A stretch of DNA of 64,000 nt from Candidatus Udaeobacter sp. (GTDB lineage Bacteria; Verrucomicrobiota; Verrucomicrobiia; Chthoniobacterales; UBA10450): contig DASXNN010000093.1 in assembly GCA_036495045.1 (NCBI GenBank), positions 27,583 to 91,582 on the forward strand, written 5' to 3'. The notes under the pieces were generated by a model. That model had not been told where the DNA came from, did no database searches, and saw only the letters and a program-made list of their open reading frames with translations. Numbering within the stretch: the stretch's first letter is position 1; each line of letters opens with the position of its first letter. Of the stretch, positions 47,264-55,588 are shown piece after piece. The position numbers and the translations under genes were made by a program.

Positions 47264-48307
47264 GTGGCTGTAGTGGCGTGCGCGCGGACATGCTACCGTC
47301 AAGGATTACCGGCGGACACGCAGCCGGAGGAGGGTGTCACTCTGGAACATAATCCAGCGATATCGGTGATTCTGATCACTCCCGACCGCTATCAGGACTT
47401 ACGCAAGACTATCAGTTACCTGCGAGCGCAGGCTGTGTATGACCGGATGGAGATTGTCATCGTTAGTCCGTCAGCGGATTCTCTACAAGCCGACCAGCGA
47501 GAGCTGCGGGAATTCTCACAATTTCGCGTGGTCGAGGTAGGGCCGATCACGTCGGTAGGCCCAGCTTATGCCGCTGGCATTCGCCACGCGTCCGCACCAG
47601 TGGTAGTCTTGGGAGAAGATCACTCTTTTCCCGATCCAGGCTGGGCCGAAGCGCTGCTACGAGCACACGAACAACCCTGGGCAGCAGTCGGGCCCGTGGT
47701 GCGTAACGCGAATCCCGGCAGCCGGATGAGCTGGGCTGATTTCTTCATCGGCTACGGGCCCTGGCAGGAACCGATGCTTGCGGGAGAGATGGAGCATTTG
47801 CCGGGTCACAACAGCTCGTACAAACGAGACATTCTCCTCCACTACGACGACCGGCTCGACACCATGATGGACGCCGAAAGCGTGTTGCACTGGGATCTGC
47901 GACGCAACGGCTACCGCCTTTATCTGGAGCCGGCGGCGAAAACCTCCCACGTCAACTTTACGTTGTTCTCTTCCTGGGTTCAGGCACTGTTCCTGTCAGG
48001 GCGTAAGTTCGCTTCCATTCGCGTCACAAACGAGAGTTGGTCGCGTACGCGAAGGCTGCTGTTTTCGGCGGCGGCGCCACTTATTCCCTTGGTGCGATTC
48101 CGGCGAATTGCCGCAGATGTGCGCCGTCCAGGGCGGCCCCGACAGGTGTTGCTCGGCGTTGCGCCTATCCTCCTGTTTGGTCTCGCAGTGGATGCTGCCG
48201 GCCAGATGGTAGGATGTGCCCTGGGAGCTGGCGCTGCTCGTGAGGAACTTCTCTGCTTTGAATTCCATCGCTATCGCCACGTTCGAAAAGGCGACCAATC
48301 GACCTGA
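47264..48307 (+). CDS. GT-A fold glycosyltransferase (family 2-like)
   Basis: ISVILITPDRYQDLRKTISYL and LGEDHSFPDPGW motifs. GTG start is uncertain. Confidence 0.55.
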   Translation: MAVVACARTCYRQGLPADTQPEEGVTLEHNPAISVILITPDRYQDLRKTISYLRAQAVYDRMEIVIVSPSADSLQADQRELREFSQFRVVEVGPITSVGPAYAAGIRHASAPVVVLGEDHSFPDPGWAEALLRAHEQPWAAVGPVVRNANPGSRMSWADFFIGYGPWQEPMLAGEMEHLPGHNSSYKRDILLHYDDRLDTMMDAESVLHWDLRRNGYRLYLEPAAKTSHVNFTLFSSWVQALFLSGRKFASIRVTNESWSRTRRLLFSAAAPLIPLVRFRRIAADVRRPGRPRQVLLGVAPILLFGLAVDAAGQMVGCALGAGAAREELLCFEFHRYRHVRKGDQST

Positions 48308-48336
48308 CCGTGAGCCAGGATTGCAGTATAGTCAGC

Positions 48337-49530
48337 ATGCGGCGCTTGAAGGTTCTTTTTGTTACCAACTGGTATCCCACCAAAGACGACCCGGCAAAAG
48401 CCATATGGGTGCGTGAGCAAGCCAAAGCTGTACAGCTCTATGACGATGTACGCGTGCTACACTGCGCCGGTTGTGATCCTAACCTAAAGCAGCTTTGGAA
48501 AGCCCAGCCCGAGATCGATGAAAGATTACTCGAAGGCATTCCTACCCACCGGCTTTGGTATCGGCCTTCCCCTATTCCTAAGACTTCATATTTCACATAT
48601 GCATGGAGTGTCCTGCGCGCGTTCCAGCATATAGTTAAGGACGATTTTCGGCCTGACATTATTCATGTGCAGGTTTACGACGCCGGCGGGCCGGCTATCC
48701 TGCTTGGGATAATTAATCGAATTCCTGTTGTAGTTAGCGAACATTTTTCCTCTTTCCCGAGCAGGTTGCTTCGCCCTTTGGACCTGGCCAAAGCCTGGCT
48801 GGCATTCAGATGGGCAAGTGTGGTGCTTCCAGTAAGCTATGCTCTGCAAAAAGCGATCGAGAACTATGGCATTCACGCACATTTTCAAGTCATACCGAAT
48901 GTTGCCGATACAACTCTGTTCTTTCCCTCATCACACCTTCGAAAGGACAGCGATTCCAAGCGCATCCTCTTTGTAGGACAGTTGGTGGAAGTCAAAGGCC
49001 TCGCCTACCTGCTCGAAGCCCTCTCGCGCCTAAGCCAGAAACGTGTTGATTGGCATCTTGACATTATTGGAAATGGAAGTGCACGGTCAGAGTATGAACG
49101 CCTTGCAATGCATCTGAAACTTTGCGACGAAGTCTCCTTTCATGGCCTCAAAACGAAGCAAGAGGTAGCGGAATACATGCGGCAAGCAGACCTGTTCGTG
49201 CTGTCCAGCCTTTGCGAAACTTTCTCTGCTCCAGCCGTCGAAGCTTTGGCCAGCGGAACTCCGGTATTAGCTACGCGTTGTGGCGGGCCGGAGGAGTTTG
49301 TCACTAAGGATGTTGGCTTGCTAGTGTCCCCAGGCGATCCGAAAACTTTATGCGAAGGACTGGACTATATGCTCGACAATCTACATCTGTACTCGCGCAG
49401 ACGGATTTCCGAATACGCCATAGAACGCTTCTCTGCTGAGCATGTGGGGGCGCAACTCCACCGGGTTTACGAGTCCTTGACTTCTCCTGCCCAGTCCCGG
49501 GTGGTAACTCGATGCTGCCCTCGCAGCTAA
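48337..49530 (+). CDS. family 4 (GT-B) glycosyltransferase
   Basis: MRRLKVLFVTNWYP at the N-terminus. C-terminal EX7E-type region (SLCETFSAPAVEALASGTPVLATRCGGPEEFV). ATG 48337 preferred to GTG 48310. Confidence 0.85.
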   Translation: MRRLKVLFVTNWYPTKDDPAKAIWVREQAKAVQLYDDVRVLHCAGCDPNLKQLWKAQPEIDERLLEGIPTHRLWYRPSPIPKTSYFTYAWSVLRAFQHIVKDDFRPDIIHVQVYDAGGPAILLGIINRIPVVVSEHFSSFPSRLLRPLDLAKAWLAFRWASVVLPVSYALQKAIENYGIHAHFQVIPNVADTTLFFPSSHLRKDSDSKRILFVGQLVEVKGLAYLLEALSRLSQKRVDWHLDIIGNGSARSEYERLAMHLKLCDEVSFHGLKTKQEVAEYMRQADLFVLSSLCETFSAPAVEALASGTPVLATRCGGPEEFVTKDVGLLVSPGDPKTLCEGLDYMLDNLHLYSRRRISEYAIERFSAEHVGAQLHRVYESLTSPAQSRVVTRCCPRS

Positions 49531-49663
49531 CGCCCGTCCCGCTCGGACCCTTCTATGTCGCTTGCCACCCACTCGCTCCATCCCTGGCCTCCTGATTAAG
49601 TTTGATTTTCGGATGACGCGGGAATGGCCAATTGGATAATATGCTTCGATTCCTTCCATAATT

Positions 49664-50116
49664 ATGAAAACACACCTTAAAATTCTGTTAACACTTTTGT
49701 TTCTCGCACTCGGATTCGTTCCGTCGTTGCGCGCGTCGGATGTCGTGATCATCGACGCGAAATACAAACAAGGGACGATCCTCGCGCCCGATCCGGAGTA
49801 TCCGCTCCATGCGCAACATTTGCAGGCAAGCGGGCAAGGGATTTATCGGCTCATCATCAATACCAAGACCGGCCTGACCGACGAAGTAAAGGTCCTTAGG
49901 AGTACTGGTTATCGTGAACTCGATGCCAGCGCCGTAATGACACTGTTCAAGTGGAAATTCCAGCCCGGAACGGTCGATCACTGTCTCGCAATCGATTCCC
50001 TCGGTGAAATGATTGGCTACCTCTTTGGTAGTGGGCAAACGATGGGCACGCTGACCGAAATGGAGTTCCATCGTCGCCGCTTCATGAACCGCCATGACAA
50101 GCGCGCGCTTTTGTAG
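49664..50116 (+). CDS. secreted TonB C-terminal-domain protein
   Basis: Signal peptide, then PEYPLHAQHLQASGQGIYRLIINTKTGLTDEVKVLRSTGYRELDASAVMTLFKWKFQPG, which is a TonB_C-like fold signature. Confidence 0.6.
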   Translation: MKTHLKILLTLLFLALGFVPSLRASDVVIIDAKYKQGTILAPDPEYPLHAQHLQASGQGIYRLIINTKTGLTDEVKVLRSTGYRELDASAVMTLFKWKFQPGTVDHCLAIDSLGEMIGYLFGSGQTMGTLTEMEFHRRRFMNRHDKRALL

Positions 50117-50144
50117 ATCAGCATAAGGCCCCACCGGCAACGGA

Positions 50145-51662
50145 ATGAAAACCGATTCCTATTCACGCCGGAGGACACCAAACACGCCCGGATTTAGTGC
50201 GAATCCGCGACGCCACATGGTTGAAGGCACGATCCGCGTCTTCCTCGGTGAGATGTTGTTACTTCCAACCGGTCTGCTAACGGCAGCTTACCTGACACGC
50301 AAACTGGCCCCGGAAGGCTATGGCCTATTCACCGTATCAGCGACGATGGTCGCTTGGATCGAATGGAGCATCGCGGCAATCTTTGCTGGTGCCGCTTTAA
50401 AATTGATTGGCGAAGCCGATGACTGGCGGCCGATCGGAGCAGCGGTAGCGCGACTGCACTTTGTGCTTGGCGGAGCCACCGCGCTGGCGCTATGGCTTTG
50501 CGCCAGTCCGATTGCCGTCGTCTTGAAAGCACCGGAACTGGCGGGTTACTTGCGACTCTTTGCGATCGACATTCCGATCTTCAGCCTTGCCCAAGCCCAT
50601 CGCAGCATCCTCGTCGGCATCGGAGGTTTTCAGCAGCGCGCCATGGTGACAGCCATCCGGTGGATTGCCCGGTTGTTATTTATCGTGATCTTGGTGCAGA
50701 CGGGCTTGTCGATTCGAGGCGCAATTATTGGTAGCATTGGCGCGTCTTTAATCGAGTTGGCGTGTTGCCGCTTCTACGTGCAACCGCAACTTCTTGGCCG
50801 AATCAGTTTTCCGATCCGTCAACTCTGGGACTATGCCGTCCCACTGTTGCTCTACGCCGTTAGCATGCGCTTGCTGAATAAATTGGATTTATTCATGCTG
50901 CAAGGATTGCGCGGCAGCGCCTCGGAAACGGGAATTTACGGGGCGGCGCAGAATCTCACGCTCGTCGCCGGACTATTTACTCTTTCGTTTTCGCCGTTGC
51001 TGCTATCCACCTTGAGCCGCATGCTGCGCGCGGGCGAACTCGACCTGGCCCGCCGCACCGCACGTGATGCTTTTCGCGTGGTCATATGGATGCTGCCATT
51101 TGCCGCGATGACCAGCGGCGCTGCGGAAGAAATAGCAGTTTGTATTTTTGGAGAGACTTTCCGGCCCGCTGCCACTCCGCTGGCGGTACTTATTGTCGGT
51201 TCGGTGGGCTTTGTCGCCATATCGGTGGCGACCGCGATTTTGACCGCCGCTGGCAAACCGCGCTGGACTGTACTAATCAGTGCGCCACTAGTGCTCGCAA
51301 GCATCGCAGGCAATATTTGGCTGATCCCAAAATTTGGAGCTCTTGGTGCTGCGCTGGTCACGACCCTGGTTGCCACCGTCGGCGCGCTGACGGCTGTGGC
51401 GACTGTCCGCCGATTCTGGCAGATATCCATTCCAACGGCGACACTCGCGCGCAGCCTTCTCATTACCGTCGGCGCCTATGTGCTGGGTGCGGTCTGGCCG
51501 GTCTCAACTCTCTTGCTCTTAACGCTGAAATTGTCCGCTATCGGTGTCCTGATTTTGTTCGGATTTTATGCGCTTGGCGAGTTCGACGCCGCCGAGCTAA
51601 ACTCGGCGCGTGCTCTGTTCCGCCGGCAACCTGGGCTCGCGCCACACCCTCCTTCAGTCTAA
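50145..51662 (+). CDS. MOP-superfamily oligosaccharide/polysaccharide flippase (Wzx-like)
   Basis: 505 aa, about 12-14 TM helices, with a typical N-terminal ..LLLPTGLLTAAYLTRKLAPEGYGLF. The start could also be ATG 50217. Confidence 0.8.
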   Translation: MKTDSYSRRRTPNTPGFSANPRRHMVEGTIRVFLGEMLLLPTGLLTAAYLTRKLAPEGYGLFTVSATMVAWIEWSIAAIFAGAALKLIGEADDWRPIGAAVARLHFVLGGATALALWLCASPIAVVLKAPELAGYLRLFAIDIPIFSLAQAHRSILVGIGGFQQRAMVTAIRWIARLLFIVILVQTGLSIRGAIIGSIGASLIELACCRFYVQPQLLGRISFPIRQLWDYAVPLLLYAVSMRLLNKLDLFMLQGLRGSASETGIYGAAQNLTLVAGLFTLSFSPLLLSTLSRMLRAGELDLARRTARDAFRVVIWMLPFAAMTSGAAEEIAVCIFGETFRPAATPLAVLIVGSVGFVAISVATAILTAAGKPRWTVLISAPLVLASIAGNIWLIPKFGALGAALVTTLVATVGALTAVATVRRFWQISIPTATLARSLLITVGAYVLGAVWPVSTLLLLTLKLSAIGVLILFGFYALGEFDAAELNSARALFRRQPGLAPHPPSV

Positions 51663-52552
51663 TGTCCCGACCGCCGGCCACGTTTTCCGTAATCATTCCT
51701 ACGCGCGACCGCCCTGAAGAATTAGCGGTCTGCCTTGAATCACTGGCCGAGCAAAATTACCCGCGGGATCAATTTGAAGTCGTTGTAGTTGACGACGCCA
51801 GCCGATTACCGCTCGATCCGGTCGTTGCTGTTTTTCGTGAGCGACTCACTCTCACCTTGCTCAAGCAATCGCGAAGTGCTGGTCCCAGCGTGGCCCGCAA
51901 CTACGGAGCCGCGCGCGCTACCGGCAAGTTCCTCGCCTTTACCGATGACGACTGCAGTCCGACGTCCGACTGGCTGCAACGGTTAGCCGAGCGCTTTGCA
52001 TCGACGCCTGCCCACCTTATTGGCGGTCGTACTATCAACGCGCTGACTGAGAATCCATATTCGACGGCCAGCCATGTGATCATCGACGTCATTTACGATT
52101 ACTACGACCCGCAGCAGGGGAGGTCACAGTTTTTTCCCACAAGCAACTTTTCCCTTGCCGCCGACCGATTTCGAGACATGGGCGGCTTCAATGAGAATTG
52201 GCCTTTGACTGCTGCCGAGGACCGTGAGTTCTGCTATCGGTGGCTACAACGCGGCTTCTTGATGACGCATGCTCCTGAAGCGAGCGTTTACCACCGCCAC
52301 CGATTGACGCTGGATTCCTTTTGTCGGCTGCACTTCAGATATGGGCGCGGCGCCTATCATTATCATCTCTTGGGCGCCGGTGGCCGCGGCGAAGGCGGCC
52401 TCAAGCCCGACTGGCGCTTTTATTGGACCTGCATTCGCTATCCGTTTCAGCACATGGCCAAATTCCGAGCAGCCATCGTCGTCGCCTTGCTGCTCCTGTG
52501 GCAGGTGGCCAATGCCGCTGGATATTTCTGGGAGCGATCTCATCACCCATGA
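51662..52552 (+). CDS. family 2 glycosyltransferase
   Basis: Start ATG 51662 overlaps the wzx stop (TAATG). FSVIIPTRDRPEEL, VVDDAS and FTDDDC motifs. The upstream part of track ORF 51086-52552 is a shadow of wzx. Confidence 0.85.
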   Translation: MSRPPATFSVIIPTRDRPEELAVCLESLAEQNYPRDQFEVVVVDDASRLPLDPVVAVFRERLTLTLLKQSRSAGPSVARNYGAARATGKFLAFTDDDCSPTSDWLQRLAERFASTPAHLIGGRTINALTENPYSTASHVIIDVIYDYYDPQQGRSQFFPTSNFSLAADRFRDMGGFNENWPLTAAEDREFCYRWLQRGFLMTHAPEASVYHRHRLTLDSFCRLHFRYGRGAYHYHLLGAGGRGEGGLKPDWRFYWTCIRYPFQHMAKFRAAIVVALLLLWQVANAAGYFWERSHHP

Positions 52553-52846
52553 GGCGCCTTTCTCTCAGCGTGTGAACGTCGCCTACTACTGTTGCCCACA
52601 ATGCGAAGTTCAGCTGGCTGCCGGGCTGGAGACATCTTGCAGGTGAGCGCATAGCCAACCACCATCTTGACGAAATACCGGACGGGTTCAAGTTGGTCGC
52701 AAGCAGTTCGCGCAGTTGGCACGTCGAGCTTGGCCCAGGAGAAATCACTGTTTTCAACAGCCGTTTCTGACCAAATAGCTAATTGTCGATTTCAGCTTTT
52801 CCGCTTGGCGAATTGTCCTCAGAGAAGTAATTAGAGCTCATCCCAT

Positions 52847-53884
52847 ATGGCGACGAAAACGGAAGAAAAAACCGGCGCAGACAAACTGACTGCCGCCCGA
52901 AATAAGAATCTCGACTTGGCGATTCAACAGATTGCCAAGGATTATGGCGAAGGCGCCATCATGCGACTTGGCGACGAGAAAATCGTCGATATCGACGTCA
53001 TCCCCACCGGCAACATTCTGATCGATCGCGCCCTTGGAGTCGGCGGTTTTCCGCGGGGGCGGGTCGTGGAAGTGTTTGGACCGGAATCCTCTGGCAAGAC
53101 GACGCTCACTCTCACTGTGATTGCGCAAGCACAGAAGCGGGGCGGTCTCGCCGCATTCATCGATGTCGAACATGCGCTCGATCCGGCATACGCGAAAAGA
53201 CTGGGTGTCGACCTTGACGATCTGCTCGTGTCCCAGCCCAGCTCTGGTGAGGAAGCGCTCCGGATTTGTGAAACTCTCGTGCGCTCCAACGCGCTCGACG
53301 TGATCGTTCTCGATTCTGTCGCCGCCCTTGTTACAAGGGCGGAATTGGAGGGCGAAATCGGCGACACAACCGTAGGCGCACAGGCACGACTCATGAGCGC
53401 AGCCTTGCGTAAATTGACCGCGCTTATTTCAAAGGCGCGGACTTGCTGCATTTTCACCAACCAGATCCGCGAAAAGATTGGCGTTATGTTCGGTAATCCG
53501 GAAACAACGCCCGGCGGCAAGGCGTTGAAATTTTACGCCAGTGTGCGTGTCGATATTCGCCGGATCGGCGCGATCAAACAGACCGATGGCGTTGTCACCG
53601 GCAATCGCACGCGCGTCAAGATCGTGAAGAACAAGGTCGCACCACCGTTTACCGAAGCCGAGTTCGACATCATGTACAACGAGGGAATTTCATCGACCGG
53701 CGCGCTTCTCGATCTTGCGTTGGAAAAACAAATCATCGAAAAGCGAGGCTCCTGGCTGAATTACAAAGGCACACAACTCGCGCAAGGCCGTGATGCGGCC
53801 AAGGAAGTGCTCAAAAATGATCGCGCTCTCTACGAAGAGATCGAGTCTGCAGTGAAAGCGAAGCTGGACGAAGATAGGTCCTGA
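52847..53884 (+). CDS. recA: recombinase RecA
   Basis: [19 protein letters not shown] and other canonical RecA sequence throughout. Confidence 0.98.
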   Translation: MATKTEEKTGADKLTAARNKNLDLAIQQIAKDYGEGAIMRLGDEKIVDIDVIPTGNILIDRALGVGGFPRGRVVEVFGPESSGKTTLTLTVIAQAQKRGGLAAFIDVEHALDPAYAKRLGVDLDDLLVSQPSSGEEALRICETLVRSNALDVIVLDSVAALVTRAELEGEIGDTTVGAQARLMSAALRKLTALISKARTCCIFTNQIREKIGVMFGNPETTPGGKALKFYASVRVDIRRIGAIKQTDGVVTGNRTRVKIVKNKVAPPFTEAEFDIMYNEGISSTGALLDLALEKQIIEKRGSWLNYKGTQLAQGRDAAKEVLKNDRALYEEIESAVKAKLDEDRS

Positions 53885-53896
53885 TTTAACAGAGCG

Positions 53897-53906
53897 AAGA
53901 TCGACA
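53897..53906 (+). repeat. copy of the 10-mer AAGATCGACA in the recA-hydrolase spacer
   Basis: Context is gcgAAGATCGACATGgcg. The last A starts an ATG that opens a 19-codon ORF at 53906-53965. Confidence 0.9.
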
Positions 53907-53975
53907 TGGCGGTCTTCCGTTTCGCTCGAGGGGCTTTGCCTGCGGGCTTTTGTTGGTGCTCCTGACATTTGAACG

Positions 53976-54791
53976 ATGGCCGGTGAGCCGATAGCGACAA
54001 TTCCCGTCGATGGCGGACGAATCGCCTACCGTCGCTTGGGGAACGGACGACCGTTGCTGGTTCTCAATGGGTTAGCGGCAACGAGCGCTGACTGGGATCC
54101 CTTGTTCATCAATCGACTTGCCTCCGCCAACGATCTCGTTCTCCTAGACAACCGCGGCATCGGTGCATCCACTGACGACGGAGCGCCATTCGATATCGCC
54201 AGGCTCGCCAACGATGCTGCCCAGGTGATCGAGGCGCTCGACCTTGCCACTATAAACGTAATCGGATGGTCCATGGGCGGCTTTATCGCTCAAACGCTGG
54301 CTTTGGATTACCCGAACTGCGTTCACAAGCTGATTCTGCTTTCCACCGATCCGGGCGGAGCCGGCGCGGAACTCGCCTCGGCTGCCGTCCGAGCGCAACT
54401 GACCGATATGTCTGGCACTCCTCACGAGCAAGCTCGACGCCTGCTCTCACTGCTGTTTCCAGTCGATGTTGCCGAGTCCACTTATCGCGAATTTGGCGAT
54501 ATTGTGGCCGCCGCACGCGCGCAGTTAGCTCCCCAGCTAGTTCATCGGCAGGCTGTCGCAATGGACGCCTGGCATCGCGATAATCTCGGCGACCGGCTCC
54601 GGAACCTGCGCGCGCCCACGCTTGTCGCGACTGGCACCGAGGACATCGTCATCCCAGCCTCCAATTCCCTGGCGCTCGTTAATGCCATCCCCGGGGCTTG
54701 GCTTGCCCAATTTAGCGGCGGAGGCCACGCCTTTATGGCTCAGTATCCGCGCCCGCTCGCGGATCTCATCATCGGATTCTTCGCAATGTGA
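53976..54791 (+). CDS. alpha/beta-fold hydrolase
   Basis: Nucleophile elbow GWSMGG, a distal GGHAF His motif, and 271 aa. Confidence 0.85.
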   Translation: MAGEPIATIPVDGGRIAYRRLGNGRPLLVLNGLAATSADWDPLFINRLASANDLVLLDNRGIGASTDDGAPFDIARLANDAAQVIEALDLATINVIGWSMGGFIAQTLALDYPNCVHKLILLSTDPGGAGAELASAAVRAQLTDMSGTPHEQARRLLSLLFPVDVAESTYREFGDIVAAARAQLAPQLVHRQAVAMDAWHRDNLGDRLRNLRAPTLVATGTEDIVIPASNSLALVNAIPGAWLAQFSGGGHAFMAQYPRPLADLIIGFFAM

Positions 54792-54847
54792 AAGATGCGG
54801 GGCAAAAATTGAATAAACTTCGTAGCGGTCTCCCTGCAACCCCCGAT

Positions 54848-55498
54848 TTACACGATATGAATCACCTGTTCGCGTGGATATCGCACCTTCTTTTTCGTCG
54901 CGGATTTGTCGTCCGCAGCGCGATATCCAGCCGCACAACAAACCACGGACGCAAGCCCTTTCGGACCGAGATCGAGGATCCTGTCATATGCATCCGGCTG
55001 GAATCCCTCCATTGGGCAGGTATCGATGCCTACTAATGCCGCGCTCGTTATAAAATTCCCGAGCGCTAGATAAGCTTGGTGCGCCGCCCACTGCTGGGCA
55101 ATTGTTCCGCGCGCACCGGTCACGACATCCCCCACCATGACGTCGCGATATTGCTTCAACTCCTTGACCGTTCCGCCACGAACTTCGACGGTGCGCGCAA
55201 GGTGCCGATCGATATGTTCTTCGGTCATCTTCGTGTTCACTGCGAAAACGATAAAATGCGAGCAATCGACCACTTGTCGCTGGCTCCACGTCGCTGGAAA
55301 AAGTTTCTCGCGCATTTTCTGATCGGTGATCACGATAAATTTCCACGGTTGCAAGCCGTACGATGAAGGCGAGAGAATGAGCGCGCTTTCCAGCACAGCC
55401 CAGTCTTCCGGAGATATTTTGCGCGCCGGATCGAATTGCTTCGTGGCATAACGCCAGTTCAATTGGGTGAGAAGCTGCTCTCCTTTAATCGGGTTCAT
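54848..55498 (-). CDS. nitroreductase-family NAD(P)H-dependent oxidoreductase
   Basis: LNWRYATKQFD..SPSSYGLQPWKFIVI signature. Start is ATG 55498 (MNPIKGEQLL) or ATG 55516. Confidence 0.85.
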   Translation of the reverse strand: MNPIKGEQLLTQLNWRYATKQFDPARKISPEDWAVLESALILSPSSYGLQPWKFIVITDQKMREKLFPATWSQRQVVDCSHFIVFAVNTKMTEEHIDRHLARTVEVRGGTVKELKQYRDVMVGDVVTGARGTIAQQWAAHQAYLALGNFITSAALVGIDTCPMEGFQPDAYDRILDLGPKGLASVVCCAAGYRAADDKSATKKKVRYPREQVIHIV

Positions 55499-55576
55499 GA
55501 TCTTCAACGGCAACATGCCAGCCGCCGGTCAAGATTTCCATTTGGAAATCTTCGACCTCTCCGGCAATTTGATCTC

Positions 55577-55586
55577 AAGATCGACA
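55577..55586 (+). repeat. copy of the 10-mer AAGATCGACA 2 nt upstream of the alaS start codon
   Basis: Context is ctcAAGATCGACATCATGacc, with the alaS ATG at 55589. Confidence 0.9.
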
Positions 55587-55588
55587 TC

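Noticed and set aside
51086-51661. Upstream 192 codons of track ORF 51086-52552, and similar N-terminal extensions of pheT, mlaF, mreC, mrdA, thiH, thiS, nfeD, dnaG, alaS and DUF3667
   Set aside because: The extensions overlap the preceding gene and lack protein-like sequence. Canonical family N-termini begin at internal ATG/GTG codons, often forming ATGA or TAATG overlaps with the upstream stop.
52569-52643. 25-codon ORF VNVAYYCCPQCEVQLAAGLETSCR (zinc-ribbon-like start) after the last GT2, with a second open frame to 52769
   Set aside because: Too short and interrupted, with no start codon for the downstream frame. It may be another remnant, but the evidence is insufficient.
52748-52760. 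Palindrome CTGTTttcAACAG about 90 nt upstream of recA as a LexA operator
   Set aside because: Arms are only 5 bp with a 3-nt spacer. It does not fit the LexA motifs I remember (CTGT-N8-ACAG, CGAACNNNNGTTCG, or the TGTTC-N4-GAACA reported for Verrucomicrobia). Too weak to call.
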